A stretch of DNA of 64,000 nt, taken from assembly GCA_047946875.1 (NCBI GenBank), contig CP181398.1:335154-399153 (forward strand), given 5' to 3'. The position numbers and the translations under genes are program-made. Below, in pieces: positions 9,012-18,621 of the stretch (position 1 is the stretch's first letter; the number at the start of each line of letters is the position of its first letter). The notes beneath the pieces are model-generated. The model saw only the letters and a program-made list of their open reading frames with translations. It searched no databases and was not told where the DNA came from. Source of the DNA: Candidatus Kerfeldbacteria bacterium. Its GTDB lineage: Bacteria > Patescibacteriota > Patescibacteriia > UBA10025 > JAHIVO01.

Positions 9012-10126
9012 AAATAGGTATTATTACAGATTCTATTGACTATAATGCCCAGGGAATTGGTCGGGTAATAAAAGATTTTTGTTACCATCTTTCTGAAACG
9101 AAATTTGCAAAATATAATGAGATTGTATTAATACATGAAAAAAATAATAATGATGAAATATACTCTCTGCCAAATTTTAAAGAATTGATCGTGCCTTCTA
9201 AACAAATTCCTTTCGGACGTGAAATAAGAAAAATATCTACACTTCCCAGCGAAATCAGGAAAGGTAATTTTGATGTTATTCATGACTTAGCAAATGTGGG
9301 ACCTTTTGTTAATTCTGTTAATGCAAAAATGATACAGACAGTTCATGATTTAACACCTGTTATTTTTCCCTCCTGTCATCCGTTCCCAAGTGTTTATCGG
9401 ACAAAAATTGGGATGAGCCTTATTAAGAAAAATGTAGATCATTATATAACAGTAAGTAACTCAACGGCTAGAGATCTTCATAAATTATATAAAATTAATT
9501 TTAATAAAATTACAACTATTTATTCGTCAGTGAGTATAAGAATGCAAAAATTTATTAAAGAACAAAAAAATTCTATAAATCCAATAAATGATAAATATAT
9601 TCTTTTTGTAGGGACAATAGAGCCGAGAAAAAATATTTTAGGGTTACTTGATATTTACGAAGAAGTTCGTAAAAAAAATTCTGAAATCAAACTTATAATA
9701 GCTGGAAAATTAGGATGGAAGTATGACAAAATTATAAATAAGATAAAAAACCATAAATATAAAGAAGATATTATGTGGATTAGTGATGCTTCGGATACTA
9801 AACTTGCTCAACTATATAATCACGCAAAATTATTATTATATCCATCGTTTTATGAAGGTTTCGGTTTACCAGTTTTAGAAGCTATTTATGCAGGGGTGCC
9901 AGTCTTAGCTTCTGATAATTCTTCTTTGCCTGAATTAGTAGGATTTGATGATCTATTGATTGATGCAAATAATATTTCTGAATTTTCTGAAAAAACTACT
10001 CAAATTATTAATGATGAGTCCTTAAGATTAAAAACAATAGAAAAATTGAAAAGTAGGCTTCCTTTATTTTCTTGGGAAAAGAATATCAGGCAAACAGTTG
10101 AGATATACAAAAAAACTAATATATGA
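9008..10126 (+). CDS. GT4 glycosyltransferase (mannosyltransferase-like)
   Basis: TVHDLTP, FVGTIEPRKN, YPSFYEGFGLPVLEA. Confidence 0.92.
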   Translation: MKIGIITDSIDYNAQGIGRVIKDFCYHLSETKFAKYNEIVLIHEKNNNDEIYSLPNFKELIVPSKQIPFGREIRKISTLPSEIRKGNFDVIHDLANVGPFVNSVNAKMIQTVHDLTPVIFPSCHPFPSVYRTKIGMSLIKKNVDHYITVSNSTARDLHKLYKINFNKITTIYSSVSIRMQKFIKEQKNSINPINDKYILFVGTIEPRKNILGLLDIYEEVRKKNSEIKLIIAGKLGWKYDKIINKIKNHKYKEDIMWISDASDTKLAQLYNHAKLLLYPSFYEGFGLPVLEAIYAGVPVLASDNSSLPELVGFDDLLIDANNISEFSEKTTQIINDESLRLKTIEKLKSRLPLFSWEKNIRQTVEIYKKTNI

Positions 10127-11595
10127 TAACAAAAAAATCAAAAAATATTATTCTATCAATTGTGATTATTATTGCTGTGATATCTTTTTTATTTATCATT
10201 ACTATGCAATATAATGTATCTGGATCTCCAATGGGAGGAGATTCTAGTGTATATATAATGGATGCATATTCCAAGATGGAAACAGGTGATTATTTTACTC
10301 GTTATCATAGTGATTACTTACAACGGTCTTTATATGAGAGTCCAATTCACTCACTTATTTTGATAGTAGTTAATAAAATAACAGGTTTAGATATTGAATA
10401 TCCTTTGTTTACAGTCTACCAATATTTATTGGTGATTTTAATATTTGTTTTTACATATGTACTGACTAGATATTTATTTGATGATAAAATTGCTGTTCTG
10501 GCCATGATTTCAAGTTTAAGTTTTACTGGGTTTTATTTTTTATTTTATAGTTCAACAGTTGCAAATTTTCTCGGTATTTTAATAGTTTTAATAATGTTGA
10601 TTGGAATGCTAAAATTGACGACAAAACAATTGTTCATTTTAATTCCTGTAGGAATTTTATTATTATTTTTTACTCATAAATCATTAACTTTCATTTTTTC
10701 ATTGTTTACCGCCATGTGTTTATTTTTTTGGTATATTCCAACTATTTGGAACAATTTTAAAAAGCTCAGACCAAAATTAAGAAGCACGATAATATTAGTA
10801 CTGGTGATAATAATATTCATAGTTTTTGCTTTTTTTCTACTCCCATTACTTGATAATGTAAATCGTTTAAATTATAGTGAATCTGGAAATTTTAGAGCTG
10901 AGATAACCTTTTCAACTTACGTAGCTATTGTAGGGGGAATAATGTCATTATTTTTTATCGTCTCACCTTTTATATTTAAAAAAAATATATTTAGTAAAAG
11001 AAAGCGGATTGTGTTTTCAGCAATATATTTTTGGGTATTACTTGGTATTATTTTTTCATTATTACCTTATATTGGGATATATTTTTATTCTTCGAGAATG
11101 CTATATATGATTTGGCCATTTATCTATATAATTTCTTCTTATGCATTTTTAACCCTTCTTAAACCACTTTTAAAGACACAAAGAGTACTAATATTAATTA
11201 TATTTATTGTTTTAGTTTCCCGTACGACAATTGTTACAAATAAAGATATTGCAACAAGAACAATTTTTATAGACGAGTCACAAGTTAAAGCATTACAATA
11301 TCTAAAAAATCAAAGTAGCTATGGAGATACGATTTTAACGAATTATAATAATATCCACCCTTTTAATATAGCTATTTCTACAAGAGTATTCAGTAGAGTT
11401 GACTATAGTTATTTTTCAGATGTATTAAATGGAGATTATTTATCTGAGTATGACTTCTCATATATTTATATAACTACGGGAGATACAAATGGTTATACTA
11501 TTAAGCATTATTCAAATTTGATTATAGGGCGTGATAATATTGAACAAATTTATTCTGATGACAAAAACATTTTATATAAGATAAAAGGTAATTAA
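10123..11595 (+). CDS. Multi-pass membrane protein, probable GT-C-fold glycosyltransferase or polymerase
   Basis: About 11 TM segments, first external loop SPMGGDSSVY, soluble C-terminal domain (ALQYLKN..DTILTN). Confidence 0.6.
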   Translation: MITKKSKNIILSIVIIIAVISFLFIITMQYNVSGSPMGGDSSVYIMDAYSKMETGDYFTRYHSDYLQRSLYESPIHSLILIVVNKITGLDIEYPLFTVYQYLLVILIFVFTYVLTRYLFDDKIAVLAMISSLSFTGFYFLFYSSTVANFLGILIVLIMLIGMLKLTTKQLFILIPVGILLLFFTHKSLTFIFSLFTAMCLFFWYIPTIWNNFKKLRPKLRSTIILVLVIIIFIVFAFFLLPLLDNVNRLNYSESGNFRAEITFSTYVAIVGGIMSLFFIVSPFIFKKNIFSKRKRIVFSAIYFWVLLGIIFSLLPYIGIYFYSSRMLYMIWPFIYIISSYAFLTLLKPLLKTQRVLILIIFIVLVSRTTIVTNKDIATRTIFIDESQVKALQYLKNQSSYGDTILTNYNNIHPFNIAISTRVFSRVDYSYFSDVLNGDYLSEYDFSYIYITTGDTNGYTIKHYSNLIIGRDNIEQIYSDDKNILYKIKGN

Positions 11596-11605
11596 AAGTT
11601 TGATT

Positions 11606-12592
11606 TTATTTTTTTATTGCTTGTATAAAGTAACTAGCCAAGAATACCTTAATTTCAATATATTTCCATAAACCAAAAGTGGAAATTTTTTTATTTCCTT
11701 GGATTACTTTCCTTTTTCTAAAAAAGCCGTCTGCATCTTTAAATGCATTAATATAAGCATTGATAATTAGATGTAATTTATTTCTCTTTATATAAAGTAA
11801 TAGCACACCAATTTGCATTATTAGTATCCAAATAAAATTAATCATAATAAAAGAAAGAGGGAAGTCTTTAATTATTGTCCAGATAAAGTTTCTTTGTGAG
11901 TGAGAGATTGTAAAATCACTCATAACTGAAGTTGAGGCAGATCCTTTGTGGTAGACAACTGAATTATCCGCATACGCTGGTTTGTATCCAGCTAATAGAA
12001 TCCTAAATCCTAGGTCAAGATCCTCGGCATAAGCAAAGTATTTTGAGTCCAAGAAAGTATTATTTTCTGAGGTAAGTTGTAGCACTTTTGTTGAGTAGAG
12101 TACAGCCCCTCCAGAAGGGCAAAACATTTTGTGTTTTAGGGTCTTTCTATTGAAAGTAAGCCCAGATAGTGTCATGACAATGCCTAAATTATCCACTTCT
12201 TCATGATTGTCCATTTTCATAGATCTAGGTGCTACCATACCTATTTTTGGGTCTTGAGAGGCTATTCTGACCATTTCTGAGAGGAAGTCAGGCTTTACAA
12301 TCATATCGTTATTCAATAGGCAACAATATTCGGAGTTATTTTTTATAGCTTCTCTAATTGCAATATTATTACCTTCAGCAAAACCTACATTTTCAGGATT
12401 AGAAATTACTTGTATACTTTCAGAATATTTTTTTTTAAGTACATTTGCTTCATTATTTTCTGAACCATTATCAACAATAATTATATTATAATTTTGATAA
12501 TTAATTTTTACTAATGAGTCTAGACAATTGGTTGTGTAATCTAGACCGTTCCAGTTTAATATTAATATAGAGACTGATGGGGATTGGTTCAT
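11606..12592 (-). CDS. GT2 glycosyltransferase
   Basis: ILILNWNG, VDNGSEN, NVGFAEGNN, LLNND, FAYAEDLDL, VYHKGS. Confidence 0.92.
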   Translation of the reverse strand: MNQSPSVSILILNWNGLDYTTNCLDSLVKINYQNYNIIIVDNGSENNEANVLKKKYSESIQVISNPENVGFAEGNNIAIREAIKNNSEYCCLLNNDMIVKPDFLSEMVRIASQDPKIGMVAPRSMKMDNHEEVDNLGIVMTLSGLTFNRKTLKHKMFCPSGGAVLYSTKVLQLTSENNTFLDSKYFAYAEDLDLGFRILLAGYKPAYADNSVVYHKGSASTSVMSDFTISHSQRNFIWTIIKDFPLSFIMINFIWILIMQIGVLLLYIKRNKLHLIINAYINAFKDADGFFRKRKVIQGNKKISTFGLWKYIEIKVFLASYFIQAIKK

Positions 12593-12603
12593 TTTTTTGA
12601 TAA

Positions 12604-13575
12604 TTAAATTCCAAAGAGTGACTTAATATACTTAGTACTTACTATCTTTTTACTTTGAATGTATTTTCTTTTTTTGAGATGTTGTTTAATATTTTTAAAT
12701 ACATATAATTTTCCTTTAACCATTGAAAAATTTAAAATTATGGTATTAAAAATTATACTTAATATATTTCTACCTATTATTAAGAAAGAGTATTGGAGAA
12801 GAAGTTGAGTTGGGAAGTTTTTTAAAATTACAATATTATTATTTTTTGCATTGAGAAATGTTTTAAAAGGTGATTTATTTCCTAATGATCGAGAATGTTT
12901 ATGATAAATTATTGATTTTGAGTCATAAACACATTTCCAGTTTATAAGTTGTGCTCTAAAGTTTAAGTCAATATCTTCGTGGTAAGCAAATAAATCTTTA
13001 TCGAAAAAACCACTCTTCATCTTTATTTCTCTTAATAATTTAGATGAATATAAACCGCAACAACCTGAAGGACCAAATACATATTTAGTATTATCATATT
13101 GACCATTATCTATCATATCGTAACCTTGGCCTATGAATATCCCATTTTTTTTTATTGTACTCCAGACAGCATTAATATGATTTTTTTTATAATAATCAAA
13201 TATTTTGCTCGCAACCATTCCTACGTTGTTTTCTTTATTATTTTCTACTGTTAAAACCATCTGATCCAAAAAGTTTGATTCAACAGTTGTGTCATTATTT
13301 AGAAATAAAACATAGTCGGAATTATTATTTAAAGCATATGTTATTCCAACATTATTACCTTCAGCGAATCCTAAATTTTCTTTATTTTTAATTAAATGAA
13401 TAAATTCACTATATTCTTTTTTTATTAATTCACCTTCATTATTTTCTGAACCATTATCTATCAAAATAACTTTATAGTTTTGGTAACTAATTTTTTTAAG
13501 AGATTTTAGACATTCTCTTGTGTCTTTAATACCATTCCAGTTTAGTATTATTATGTAGACAAGGGGATTATTCAT
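12604..13575 (-). CDS. GT2 glycosyltransferase (tandem paralogue of the adjacent gene)
   Basis: IIILNWNG, IDNGSEN, NLGFAEGNN, FLNND, FAYHEDIDL. Confidence 0.92.
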   Translation of the reverse strand: MNNPLVYIIILNWNGIKDTRECLKSLKKISYQNYKVILIDNGSENNEGELIKKEYSEFIHLIKNKENLGFAEGNNVGITYALNNNSDYVLFLNNDTTVESNFLDQMVLTVENNKENNVGMVASKIFDYYKKNHINAVWSTIKKNGIFIGQGYDMIDNGQYDNTKYVFGPSGCCGLYSSKLLREIKMKSGFFDKDLFAYHEDIDLNFRAQLINWKCVYDSKSIIYHKHSRSLGNKSPFKTFLNAKNNNIVILKNFPTQLLLQYSFLIIGRNILSIIFNTIILNFSMVKGKLYVFKNIKQHLKKRKYIQSKKIVSTKYIKSLFGI

Positions 13576-13578
13576 TTT

Positions 13579-14676
13579 TTATGTTACAGATTTTAGCACA
13601 TTTTTAGTAAGAAAATTTTTTTGAATAATTAAGATATTTTTTTTCTTAATCTTTATATTATCATTATTTGTAGATTTTAGTAGGGCATCAATAAAAGATT
13701 TGTCAGAGTATTTAAATGTTTCTCCAATATTATGAGTATTTATTAGGTTTCCTGTTTCAGTATTATTACGATCTATTATTGGTAGACCGGACATAATATA
13801 GAATATCGTTTTTGCAGGTAGAATAATATTGAAATAAAGAGAGTCGGGATAGGCAATTAAACCAATGTCACACGATTTAGCCAGGGAAACTGCTTTATCT
13901 TCATTTAGTGGACCCCAGTATTTAATATTTTCTGATGGATATCGTTTTTTTATCCATTCACCTGACTTCCCACATAAATGTAGTTCTATGTTTTCATTAG
14001 ATTTACTTGCCTTAATAAAATTTTCTATGATAAATTTTAATCCTCTTTCTTTATTCATTGTACCAGCATAGATGAATTTAAAATTGTCATTTTCTATGTT
14101 TAGAGGTTCAATATTATCAAAAGATTTACTACTATTGTGAACAACTTTGTAATTTAAGTCTTTTTTCAATAGCTTCATTTCATATTTTGCCATTGAATCA
14201 GATGCAAACCATAACTCATCAGCTAGACTGAAAATTATTTTTTCAAATTTTGTTCTGCTGTAGTCGGTAATATATAGTTTATAACCTAATGCTTTTGATT
14301 GTTCTCGTGGTAGATCTTCTATATCTATTATGATGCGGTGGTTTTTTATTAAAGAGGCTGCTTTTATGAATATAAAAAATATAATTATTAACCAATTTAG
14401 GAATTCGAAACTTGCAAAATGAGTAAGAGGTAAATTGCTGTAATTAAATAGGATTCTTTGCTTTTTTTGAAATAGTAATTTAGTAATTAATATTGGAAAT
14501 TTTATAAGAAAACTAAGTAAATTTGTTGATGGTAAGTTTTTATTAAAAAAATCCATTAAAAAAATTTCTGAATTTTCTGAAAGTTCATCTTTTATATTTA
14601 CGAATCTCATGCTTCCGCCTTCAGTTATGTTGTTGGGGATAATATTTTGGACAATGATATACTCATTATTTTTCAT
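13579..14676 (-). CDS. GT-B fold glycosyltransferase (GT4-like)
   Basis: FIYAGTMNKERG, NIKYWGPL, DIGLIAY..LPAKTIFYIMSGLPII. Confidence 0.8.
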   Translation of the reverse strand: MKNNEYIIVQNIIPNNITEGGSMRFVNIKDELSENSEIFLMDFFNKNLPSTNLLSFLIKFPILITKLLFQKKQRILFNYSNLPLTHFASFEFLNWLIIIFFIFIKAASLIKNHRIIIDIEDLPREQSKALGYKLYITDYSRTKFEKIIFSLADELWFASDSMAKYEMKLLKKDLNYKVVHNSSKSFDNIEPLNIENDNFKFIYAGTMNKERGLKFIIENFIKASKSNENIELHLCGKSGEWIKKRYPSENIKYWGPLNEDKAVSLAKSCDIGLIAYPDSLYFNIILPAKTIFYIMSGLPIIDRNNTETGNLINTHNIGETFKYSDKSFIDALLKSTNNDNIKIKKKNILIIQKNFLTKNVLKSVT

Positions 14677-14691
14677 TGATAATGCTATATT

Positions 14692-15888
14692 TTACTTGAT
14701 AATGATAAAAGCTGGTCTTTTTTGGTGATGACCTAAAAACTTAATTGAGCTAAAATTGTATGGTTTAAAAATTTCTTGGTAGTATTCATTTGTATCAATT
14801 CTAGGGTCTGCATTACCTTCGAAAATAATTCCTTCTTTTGTGTTATTTACAATAAAATCAAAATTTTTCTTAATATCTCTAATTTCTTTAGTTCTATAAA
14901 TTGCTTGAAATATAGTCCAGTCCCATGATTCTGCTAAATTCTGAACGTCATTTTCAAAAGATTCTTTGTTAAAGTCTATTGTATCATGGATTATATCTAA
15001 GCCCAAAGTATCGGAAATAATTTTCCCAGTGTCTATAGCTTCTTTTTGAATATCAAAGCTTATTATTTTTGTCGCACCATTAAAAAAAGCTTCGACGGCA
15101 GCTTGTCCAATGTTACCTCCAAAATCAATCACGGATTTATTTTTTAAATTTGAGAAATTATATATTTTTGAGTATCTTGAATCTTGTTTCCTTTCACCAT
15201 TAAGGCCTGCTTCTCTAATCTCTTGATATCTTGGAAACCAGGTACATTTGTCTGCTGTTTTAGTAATATTAATTTTCTCATCATCTTTTAATAAATTAGC
15301 AATGTCATTTCTATCAACTATTATGTATGATTCAAATGTTTTTTGGTTAGCTTTTAAGGCTGACATAATTCTATGCATACCGTCAATTTGAAATAATTTA
15401 TTACTATTCAAATTGGAATTACTTTTAAAAATTTTGTGAAATATATTAAAAAAGAAATATATTATACCTTTAAAGCTAAAATTTATTTTTAATATATTTT
15501 TATTAATGTATTTTTTTAGTACATTAGAGTGAGTTAGAACGATTGGTGGAAATTTTTCATCATTTAGTAACTTATCTGAGTAATTAGTAAAGTAGTCATG
15601 CTTATCGTGTTTTTCCCATTCTTTTTTTAATTTATCTGATGTATAAGAGATATGAGCACTTGTTTTAATGATTGCACATTTAGTTAAGTCTATGTCTTTG
15701 GTTATATTTATGTTAAATTGTTTTTTGCAAACTATTTTGTACAAATCATAGATAGATAGCTTATTATTAAATTCGTACTTTTCAAGTGTTGTAATTGCTG
15801 GTAGTATATTTTTATTTATTTCCAAATCACATTCAAGATTTATATATTTTTCTAAATCCTTTACTTGTTGCTGTTTGTATTTTTTCAT
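14692..15888 (-). CDS. Fusion: ParB/Srx-like domain plus class I SAM-dependent methyltransferase
   Basis: FPPIVL...QIDGMHRIMSAL (ParB/Srx signature); VIDFGGNIG..GATKIISFDIQ (SAM motifs I and II). Confidence 0.75.
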   Translation of the reverse strand: MKKYKQQQVKDLEKYINLECDLEINKNILPAITTLEKYEFNNKLSIYDLYKIVCKKQFNINITKDIDLTKCAIIKTSAHISYTSDKLKKEWEKHDKHDYFTNYSDKLLNDEKFPPIVLTHSNVLKKYINKNILKINFSFKGIIYFFFNIFHKIFKSNSNLNSNKLFQIDGMHRIMSALKANQKTFESYIIVDRNDIANLLKDDEKINITKTADKCTWFPRYQEIREAGLNGERKQDSRYSKIYNFSNLKNKSVIDFGGNIGQAAVEAFFNGATKIISFDIQKEAIDTGKIISDTLGLDIIHDTIDFNKESFENDVQNLAESWDWTIFQAIYRTKEIRDIKKNFDFIVNNTKEGIIFEGNADPRIDTNEYYQEIFKPYNFSSIKFLGHHQKRPAFIIIK

Positions 15889-15891
15889 AGT

Positions 15892-17094
15892 TTATTTTTT
15901 ATTATATGCTTGCTTCATTAGCTTATTTTGTTTTGTAAATTCAAAAAGTCTATTTTTTGTAAAATAGTTATTTTTTATTTTTTTGACAAGGTTATTAAAT
16001 ATAACTTCTGAAGGGCTTTTTTTGGATGGGTTGAGTATCCATCTATCCCAATCAGTATTTAATTCAATTGCTTTTTTAGTATTCTCATATAGATTGTCAT
16101 TAGCCATGATAGTTGCTCCAGCTCTGATGGTTTCTGGTCTTTCGGTAGATAGTCTTGTTATATGACATGGAGTCCCTAGAATTAGCGATTCTTCTTGTAC
16201 AGTACCACTATCAGAAATTGTGACCTTAGCATCTTTTTGTAGTTTTAAAAATTCAAAATAACCAAGTGGTTCTGATATGATAATATTTGATTTTAGAACG
16301 TCATTAAGTAAATCATTTTCTTTTAAATTATTTTTAACTCTTGGCATTAATGGTAATACAACGGGGATTTCTTTTGCTAGTCTAATTAAATCATTAAATT
16401 TCTTTTTAAGGATAATGGGGTCGTTTGTATTTTCTTCTCTATGGATTGTACTAAGAGCAAAATCATTTTTTTTCAGTTTAAGTTTTTTGAGAACATCAGT
16501 CTTTTCAGCCATAGGTAGAAATTCTTCTATTGCATCATGTATTATATTGCCAACAACTTTGATTCTGTATTCAGGTACACCTTCAGACATTAATATATCT
16601 TTGTATCTAGGAACATACGAATAGAGAGCATCAGACATATGGTCTATAGTTATTCTATTTTTTTCTTCAGGCATTCTCCAGTCATAACTTCTACCGCCAG
16701 CTTCTATATGTATTACAGGAATCCCATACCTTGCAACAACAACAGAGGACATTACTGAGTTAGTGTCACCTAGATACATAACAGCGTCAGGTTTATATTT
16801 TTCGATCATATCAGAGGTGCGTTCATACAATAGAGCCATCTGATATGCAAAGTTTGTTTTTTTGCAATTTTCTTTTAATGTTTTACCAACACCCATATTA
16901 AAATCTGGAAGCCTTACCCCTAATTCATCATAAAAGACACCATCAAGTTCATAATCAAAATGTTGCCCAGTGTGCATGAATATATGCTCGTAATTGTGCT
17001 CAGATTGGCCCTTATCGAGCATTTTTATAAGTTTAAACATTCTAATAAGATCTGGTCTAATACCGAGTAGGGTGACTAATTTAAATTTTTTCAT
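15892..17094 (-). CDS. Non-hydrolysing UDP-N-acetylhexosamine 2-epimerase (WecB/WbjD/FnlC-like)
   Basis: GIRPDLIR, HTGQHFD, LGDTNS, HIEAGGRS..MPEEKNR, TIHREEN, SDSGTVQEE, TERPE. Confidence 0.9.
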   Translation of the reverse strand: MKKFKLVTLLGIRPDLIRMFKLIKMLDKGQSEHNYEHIFMHTGQHFDYELDGVFYDELGVRLPDFNMGVGKTLKENCKKTNFAYQMALLYERTSDMIEKYKPDAVMYLGDTNSVMSSVVVARYGIPVIHIEAGGRSYDWRMPEEKNRITIDHMSDALYSYVPRYKDILMSEGVPEYRIKVVGNIIHDAIEEFLPMAEKTDVLKKLKLKKNDFALSTIHREENTNDPIILKKKFNDLIRLAKEIPVVLPLMPRVKNNLKENDLLNDVLKSNIIISEPLGYFEFLKLQKDAKVTISDSGTVQEESLILGTPCHITRLSTERPETIRAGATIMANDNLYENTKKAIELNTDWDRWILNPSKKSPSEVIFNNLVKKIKNNYFTKNRLFEFTKQNKLMKQAYNKK

Positions 17095-17095
17095 A

Positions 17096-18616
17096 TTATT
17101 TATCTAATATTTTTTCTATTGGGTATTTGTATCTAAACGGTTTTCTAGCAATTTTTTTTCTTAATGGTTCGATAATGTTTTTTATTTCTTCAGGAGTTCT
17201 GTGACCACTTTTAATTAGGGTATACATAATATTGTAAAAACTAGAAGGATTCCAATCAGTAATATCTTTTTGATGGAAATGATTTTCTATGTCTTTCAAA
17301 TCTTGGTTAATTGAAAATTCGGTAAATTTCTTATCTTGATTATCTTTAGATGTTTTTAATTTGTCTAATTGTCCTTCTTCTAATTTAATCATATAAAAAA
17401 TTTCAACTATATTTTGAAGATTTTCTTGATCTGCACCGGTTAAGATTATATTTTCTGGTTTAATGTCAAGTCCTAGTTTGTTTTTTAATCTGTCGGCAAT
17501 TGCTTCTTCTGGTTTCTCACCTGGTTTTAGAGAACCACCAAATACTGCAAATTTACCTTCCAACTCTGTGACTCCTGTTCGTTCCTCAGTAACTATTTTA
17601 CCGTCAGGGGATATTAACGTTGCTGAAACAGCAAGGGGTCGAATTGGGTTTTCTGCATGATCTTCTCTGTGGGCAAATGATGACGATAAATATGAATAGT
17701 AATCAGTATTTGAAGTTCGGAGTTTAAGATTACCATCTTTAATATTAAATGTATCAACATTAGCAAGTTGACCGTTAAAAGGTTGTAGCTCGCTCTTATC
17801 GTCGATTGCTTCTTTAAGTTTTTCTAAAAGTTCTTGAGCTTCAGGAGATAGGGGGGTTGTCTCATCTGTATGGCTAATTTCTGTATTATTAATATTGGCA
17901 CCAAATTCAATTATTGGTGTTGCAGGTTCAGTAAAGAATTTTGTTATATCATTTTTTTCTGAATAAGCTAATATTCTTTTTATTTCTCCTTTTGTTTTTC
18001 TAAATATATTATATTCAAATTCTTCGTGAGGTATACCAATTACTTCAAACTCATTATTTGTATCAAGGTTTTTATCTGCTGTTCTAGCAACTCTGGGTAC
18101 GTGGTAACTATTAGTGACAAAAGTTAAATGTTTGGTATTTTTGTATCTGTCATCAATGTTCATTTTCTCGAATTGTGTTTTCGTATTACCAATTCCTCGG
18201 TCACCACAGTTAAGTTGCTGAGTGTGTTCTAGGGGAAAATTTTCTTCTTGAGCAATTTCTACCATGGCTGGCAATTGTTCTGTTTCACCGTTAAGTATGA
18301 GCGGGGGACCATTTTCAATAATGTCTGACGCAGTTAGTTCTTCGATTGAGATGCCTGATTTATTTGAGGCTATTTGTTTAATGATATCGATAGAATATTT
18401 TACTCGTGCAATATTTTCTGAAGTTTTTTCTAAGATTTCACCATTCTCTTGGAATTCTGGAGGTGCAGATAAAGCAACGACACCTTCTGTTTGTTCAGGA
18501 GGTGCGTATTCAAATTCATTTAATCTGTCACGAAATTCATTAATTAACCTTCGTCTATTCTTTGCGTTTTCATCCCAATGTTCTGGAATTGGTCTATGTT
18601 CTGCTCGAGATCTCAT
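17096..18616 (-). CDS. Fusion: DUF218/ElyC-like domain plus degenerate Nudix domain
   Basis: GNTKTQF and FVTNSYHVPRV (DUF218); PLAVSATLISPDGKIV..FAVFGGSLKPGEKPEEAIADRLKNKLGL (Nudix-like box). Confidence 0.65.
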   Translation of the reverse strand: MRSRAEHRPIPEHWDENAKNRRRLINEFRDRLNEFEYAPPEQTEGVVALSAPPEFQENGEILEKTSENIARVKYSIDIIKQIASNKSGISIEELTASDIIENGPPLILNGETEQLPAMVEIAQEENFPLEHTQQLNCGDRGIGNTKTQFEKMNIDDRYKNTKHLTFVTNSYHVPRVARTADKNLDTNNEFEVIGIPHEEFEYNIFRKTKGEIKRILAYSEKNDITKFFTEPATPIIEFGANINNTEISHTDETTPLSPEAQELLEKLKEAIDDKSELQPFNGQLANVDTFNIKDGNLKLRTSNTDYYSYLSSSFAHREDHAENPIRPLAVSATLISPDGKIVTEERTGVTELEGKFAVFGGSLKPGEKPEEAIADRLKNKLGLDIKPENIILTGADQENLQNIVEIFYMIKLEEGQLDKLKTSKDNQDKKFTEFSINQDLKDIENHFHQKDITDWNPSSFYNIMYTLIKSGHRTPEEIKNIIEPLRKKIARKPFRYKYPIEKILDK

Positions 18617-18621
18617 ATGGT

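Noticed and set aside
14692-15888. ParB-methyltransferase fusion as a phage-type DNA methylase or partition gene
   Set aside because: No DPPY/NPPY or PC motif, no HTH, no parA or phage genes; tightly embedded in a glycan operon.
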